DNA of 59,791 nt from a virus (lineage: Duplodnaviria > Caudoviricetes). Positions 57,537-59,791 of the stretch are shown one piece after another. Position 1 is the first letter of the stretch. Every line of letters starts with the position of its first letter. A program made the translations under genes and the position numbers. A model generated the notes under the pieces. That model was not told where the DNA came from. It ran no database searches and saw nothing but the letters and a program-made list of their open reading frames with translations. The DNA lies in IMG/VR virus record IMGVR_UViG_3300049846_002562, positions 1 to 59,791 of that record; one strand, given 5' to 3'.

Positions 57537-57793
57537 GTTTTACTCTCGTATTTGGCTAGGATGGAGTTAAGAACAAGAAGGTCAACAACTAGGTATGTGG
57601 CATTAGGCTTTATCTGACTACGCAACTCCGCAATCAGCGCGGCCTTTTCTGCCAGAAGTTCTTTCTCGCGGGCTTCGGCAATGTCGGCTATGTCGCTCTT
57701 GGCATAATCGTATCCGCAATGCTTGTTGCTTCCGTCGCGTGATATATCATCATACGGATTCGGCAAAGACAAAATCTGTTCACGAACACCCAT
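57533..57793 (-). CDS. Small early protein C2 (paralogue of 58484..58780)
   Basis: Shares VREQI, DIAEAREKELLA, AALIAEL and IL.KYE with its paralogue. Confidence 0.6.
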   Translation of the reverse strand: MGVREQILSLPNPYDDISRDGSNKHCGYDYAKSDIADIAEAREKELLAEKAALIAELRSQIKPNATYLVVDLLVLNSILAKYESKT

Positions 57794-57978
57794 CACGCAC
57801 CGCCTTTTAATTCAACATAGCTTCTACATGTTTCGCTGTCATCACTAACGGCAATTGGCGCGTTAGGTTTTCCCCACCACTTTTCAGCCTCTGCCTTCAC
57901 CTTATCTGTGAGCATTAAAGGACAGCTTGCGTTTCCACAGGCCGCATTGCAGAATGTCATATCTCTAAAGCACATCAT
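57793..57978 (-). CDS. Small Cys-rich early protein B2
   Basis: C.RDMTFC...C....C pattern, ends KGGA, TGATG coupling. Confidence 0.55.
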   Translation of the reverse strand: MMCFRDMTFCNAACGNASCPLMLTDKVKAEAEKWWGKPNAPIAVSDDSETCRSYVELKGGA

Positions 57979-58487
57979 CACGCACCGCCTTGCAGATAGG
58001 CGCGAATGTCGCGGAGTAGGATTTCTAAATTTTCGCCATCGCCTACTTCATCAATTCTGCCTATTAAATCATTCCGCTTCATGGCATCACGCAACGCCAC
58101 GCGCTCGGCATCGGCTTTCGGCACAAACGGCAACAGCGTGTCATGCGGAATCGGCTTGCCAGTTGCGCTTGCTGAAAGGTTGTCAAGGACGGGAACAAGG
58201 TTAGACTGTCCGTTCCATAGCGCACCGACAACTTGATAGACTTCGCCACACACGGCACAGCCATCGGCATCGGCTTTCGGTGGGCGGGCGTAGAGAAGAC
58301 TTCCATCTTCAATGTCGCAGAACCAAAGGAAAAGCCCTGCTTTGCCGTCATTCATGCGTTGCATTTCGGCAGTCATTTTCATGCCAACAGGCTCGGCATC
58401 GGCTTTTGTTCGTGTGGTGACAATGTAAAACACTACTTCGTCAGGGTTGATGTTGTTTTCTGCGTATTTTCCAGTAATGGTCATCAT
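57978..58487 (-). CDS. Modular early protein A2
   Basis: Three KADA(E/D) motifs; ends YLQGGA like 58938..59246. Confidence 0.6.
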   Translation of the reverse strand: MMTITGKYAENNINPDEVVFYIVTTRTKADAEPVGMKMTAEMQRMNDGKAGLFLWFCDIEDGSLLYARPPKADADGCAVCGEVYQVVGALWNGQSNLVPVLDNLSASATGKPIPHDTLLPFVPKADAERVALRDAMKRNDLIGRIDEVGDGENLEILLRDIRAYLQGGA

Positions 58488-58780
58488 GGCTTGGCCTCGT
58501 ATTTGTCAAGAATTGCGTCAATGCGGTGCGCGTCAGTTAGGTTGCACCAATTAAGCCCGCTCAACTCAGCAATCAGCGCGGCCTGTTTCGCCCTTTCTTG
58601 ATTCAGGTCAAACTGGTATTCGGTTGCTGTGAACAGCACTTTGTTTTCCAGTTCGGTAATTTTCGCCAAAAGTTCTTTCTCGCGGGCTTCGGCTATGTCG
58701 GCGGCTTGTTTCAGAGCAATGTTAAACCCTAACTTATTCGGCGGGCAGGGTATCGCCATAATCTGTTCACGAACACTCAT
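58484..58780 (-). CDS. Small early protein C1
   Basis: Paralogue of 57533..57793. Confidence 0.6.
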   Translation of the reverse strand: MSVREQIMAIPCPPNKLGFNIALKQAADIAEAREKELLAKITELENKVLFTATEYQFDLNQERAKQAALIAELSGLNWCNLTDAHRIDAILDKYEAKP

Positions 58781-58938
58781 AACGCACCACCTTTTGAAGC
58801 GCGACCAAAGAAAAACGCGCAACCTGTATAAAGCGCGGCGGCAAGCGAATATTTATAGTTTCCGCCTGACGCGCCAAGCGCGGTAATTGCTTGGAAAAAA
58901 AACACAATAGTAAATAAAACGAACGGGTATATTTTCAT
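58777..58938 (-). CDS. Small membrane protein B1
   Basis: Two hydrophobic segments, ends KGGAL, TGATG coupling. Confidence 0.5.
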   Translation of the reverse strand: MKIYPFVLFTIVFFFQAITALGASGGNYKYSLAAALYTGCAFFFGRASKGGAL

Positions 58939-59246
58939 CACGCACCGCCTTGCAGATAGGTATGGACGGCCCATAACACTTCTTCGGCATCTTGAAGTGG
59001 GTTCTCTGTGTCGCCCTTGAGCCATTTGTCAACATCGGCCAACAACGCCACGCGCTCGGCATCGGCCTTCGGAAATATACCTTGCTCAATTAGCCATTCG
59101 CCCATTGCTTCGCGCTCGGCATCTTTCGGCATGGCTAGGGCTTCTTCCACGGCTTCCCATTGCGCTAATGGGATTTCAACACAATCACCCATGTCAAGCG
59201 AATTGCATTTCATCAGCGCCTGTTCAATCGCTTCATTCCTGTTCAT
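58938..59246 (-). CDS. Modular early protein A1
   Basis: PKDAER and PKADAERVAL motifs; ends YLQGGA. Confidence 0.6.
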   Translation of the reverse strand: MNRNEAIEQALMKCNSLDMGDCVEIPLAQWEAVEEALAMPKDAEREAMGEWLIEQGIFPKADAERVALLADVDKWLKGDTENPLQDAEEVLWAVHTYLQGGA

Positions 59247-59521
59247 GTGGATTCCTTTGTGGCTTCAAGCATGGCTTTGTAAACCGCTACCGCCAAGCCA
59301 ATATCTTCATGCTCAGTTTCGCCATCACCATAAAGTGCGCCAGCCAAACACATAGCCCTTGTCGGCTCTCTAGGCACAATCACCAAGCCCTGCGACTCGA
59401 TACGGGCAAGGACGGCTTGCTCGGTAGCGTCAACAACGGCTGTCTGACTATGTGAGAGAATGCAATTGCGGCGGTCAATCGCCATCTTTTCTTCGTGTGT
59501 CATCGGCACATATGCGCTCAT
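59243..59521 (-). CDS. Small early protein
   Basis: VIVPREPT.AM and YKAMLEA motifs common in small phage accessory proteins. Confidence 0.6.
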   Translation of the reverse strand: MSAYVPMTHEEKMAIDRRNCILSHSQTAVVDATEQAVLARIESQGLVIVPREPTRAMCLAGALYGDGETEHEDIGLAVAVYKAMLEATKEST

Positions 59522-59790
59522 TTTGCAAATCCTTTGGCCAGGGCAGCTTTAATGTCATCGCGTGCTGTTTCACTGTCACCGTACATGGCCCACAGACGTG
59601 TGCCATCATTACACGTAACGCGCAGCGGCTGCAGATCTAGGATAGCCGTAATCACGGCTTCTTCGTCGAACACGGGCGTAGCTATGGCGGTAACGTGATC
59701 AACAACAGCACGCAGGCCGGCAGCGTGGGATTCAGTTTTGGCACCAATGCCAAAACGGCGCGAGAATTCCAGGCGTGCTGTGTAATACAG
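59518..59790 (-). CDS. Hypothetical protein, 5'-truncated
   Basis: Open frame from the window edge ending ...AMYGDSETARDDIKAALAKGFAK*, with an ATGA overlap to the next gene. Confidence 0.5.
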   Translation of the reverse strand: MYYTARLEFSRRFGIGAKTESHAAGLRAVVDHVTAIATPVFDEEAVITAILDLQPLRVTCNDGTRLWAMYGDSETARDDIKAALAKGFAK

Positions 59791-59791
59791 A

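Larger units (their letters stand above)
57773..58960. repeat. Direct repeats at gene junctions of a duplicated three-gene unit
   Basis: Exact 26-mer TCATCACGCACCGCCTTGCAGATAGG at 57975 and 58935, and a 36-mer with 3 mismatches at 57773 and 58760. Confidence 0.85.

Noticed and set aside
57533-59246. CRISPR array or DGR template/variable repeat pair
   Set aside because: The repeats are few, coding and irregularly spaced, and there is no reverse transcriptase or cas operon. The Cas4-like gene is a standard phage replication nuclease.
1-59791. tRNA genes, integrase/att sites, IS elements
   Set aside because: None recognised by eye. The genome is incomplete at the edges, so absence is not proven.

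Overview
The window is most of a ~60 kb tailed dsDNA phage genome (Caudoviricetes, podovirus-like), cut inside a gene at both ends. It is GC-rich and its spanin-type lysis cassette implies a Gram-negative host. The + strand (1-38100) carries tail-fibre/appendage genes, an M15 endolysin, holin-like genes, i/o-spanins, TerS/TerL, portal, scaffold, an N4-gp56-like major capsid protein, neck/tail genes and three almost Cys-free internal (ejection) proteins, the last of 3521 aa. The - strand (38097-59791) carries early and replication genes: AEP primase-SF3 helicase, Cas4-like exonuclease, SNF2 helicase, family A DNA polymerase (Leu762 type), SSB-like, DEDD exonuclease, DUF932, Nmad5-like, a Tad2/DUF2829 anti-defence homologue and many small ORFs. 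No integrase, repressor, ParA or ParB was recognised. The most striking signal is a cluster of bacterial chromosome-type parS sites (a perfect TGTTCCACGTGGAACA, a near-perfect GGTTTCACGTGGAACA and a degenerate third site) 2-3 kb from an iteron/AT-rich putative origin, which suggests the phage borrows or sequesters host ParB. Other signals are a ~230-nt structured intergenic RNA, a three-hairpin leader before the capsid gene, a zincin domain split by an AT-rich in-frame insert, and a duplicated three-gene unit with conserved junctions but swapped contents. All family assignments are from motif recognition by eye; no database search was run.
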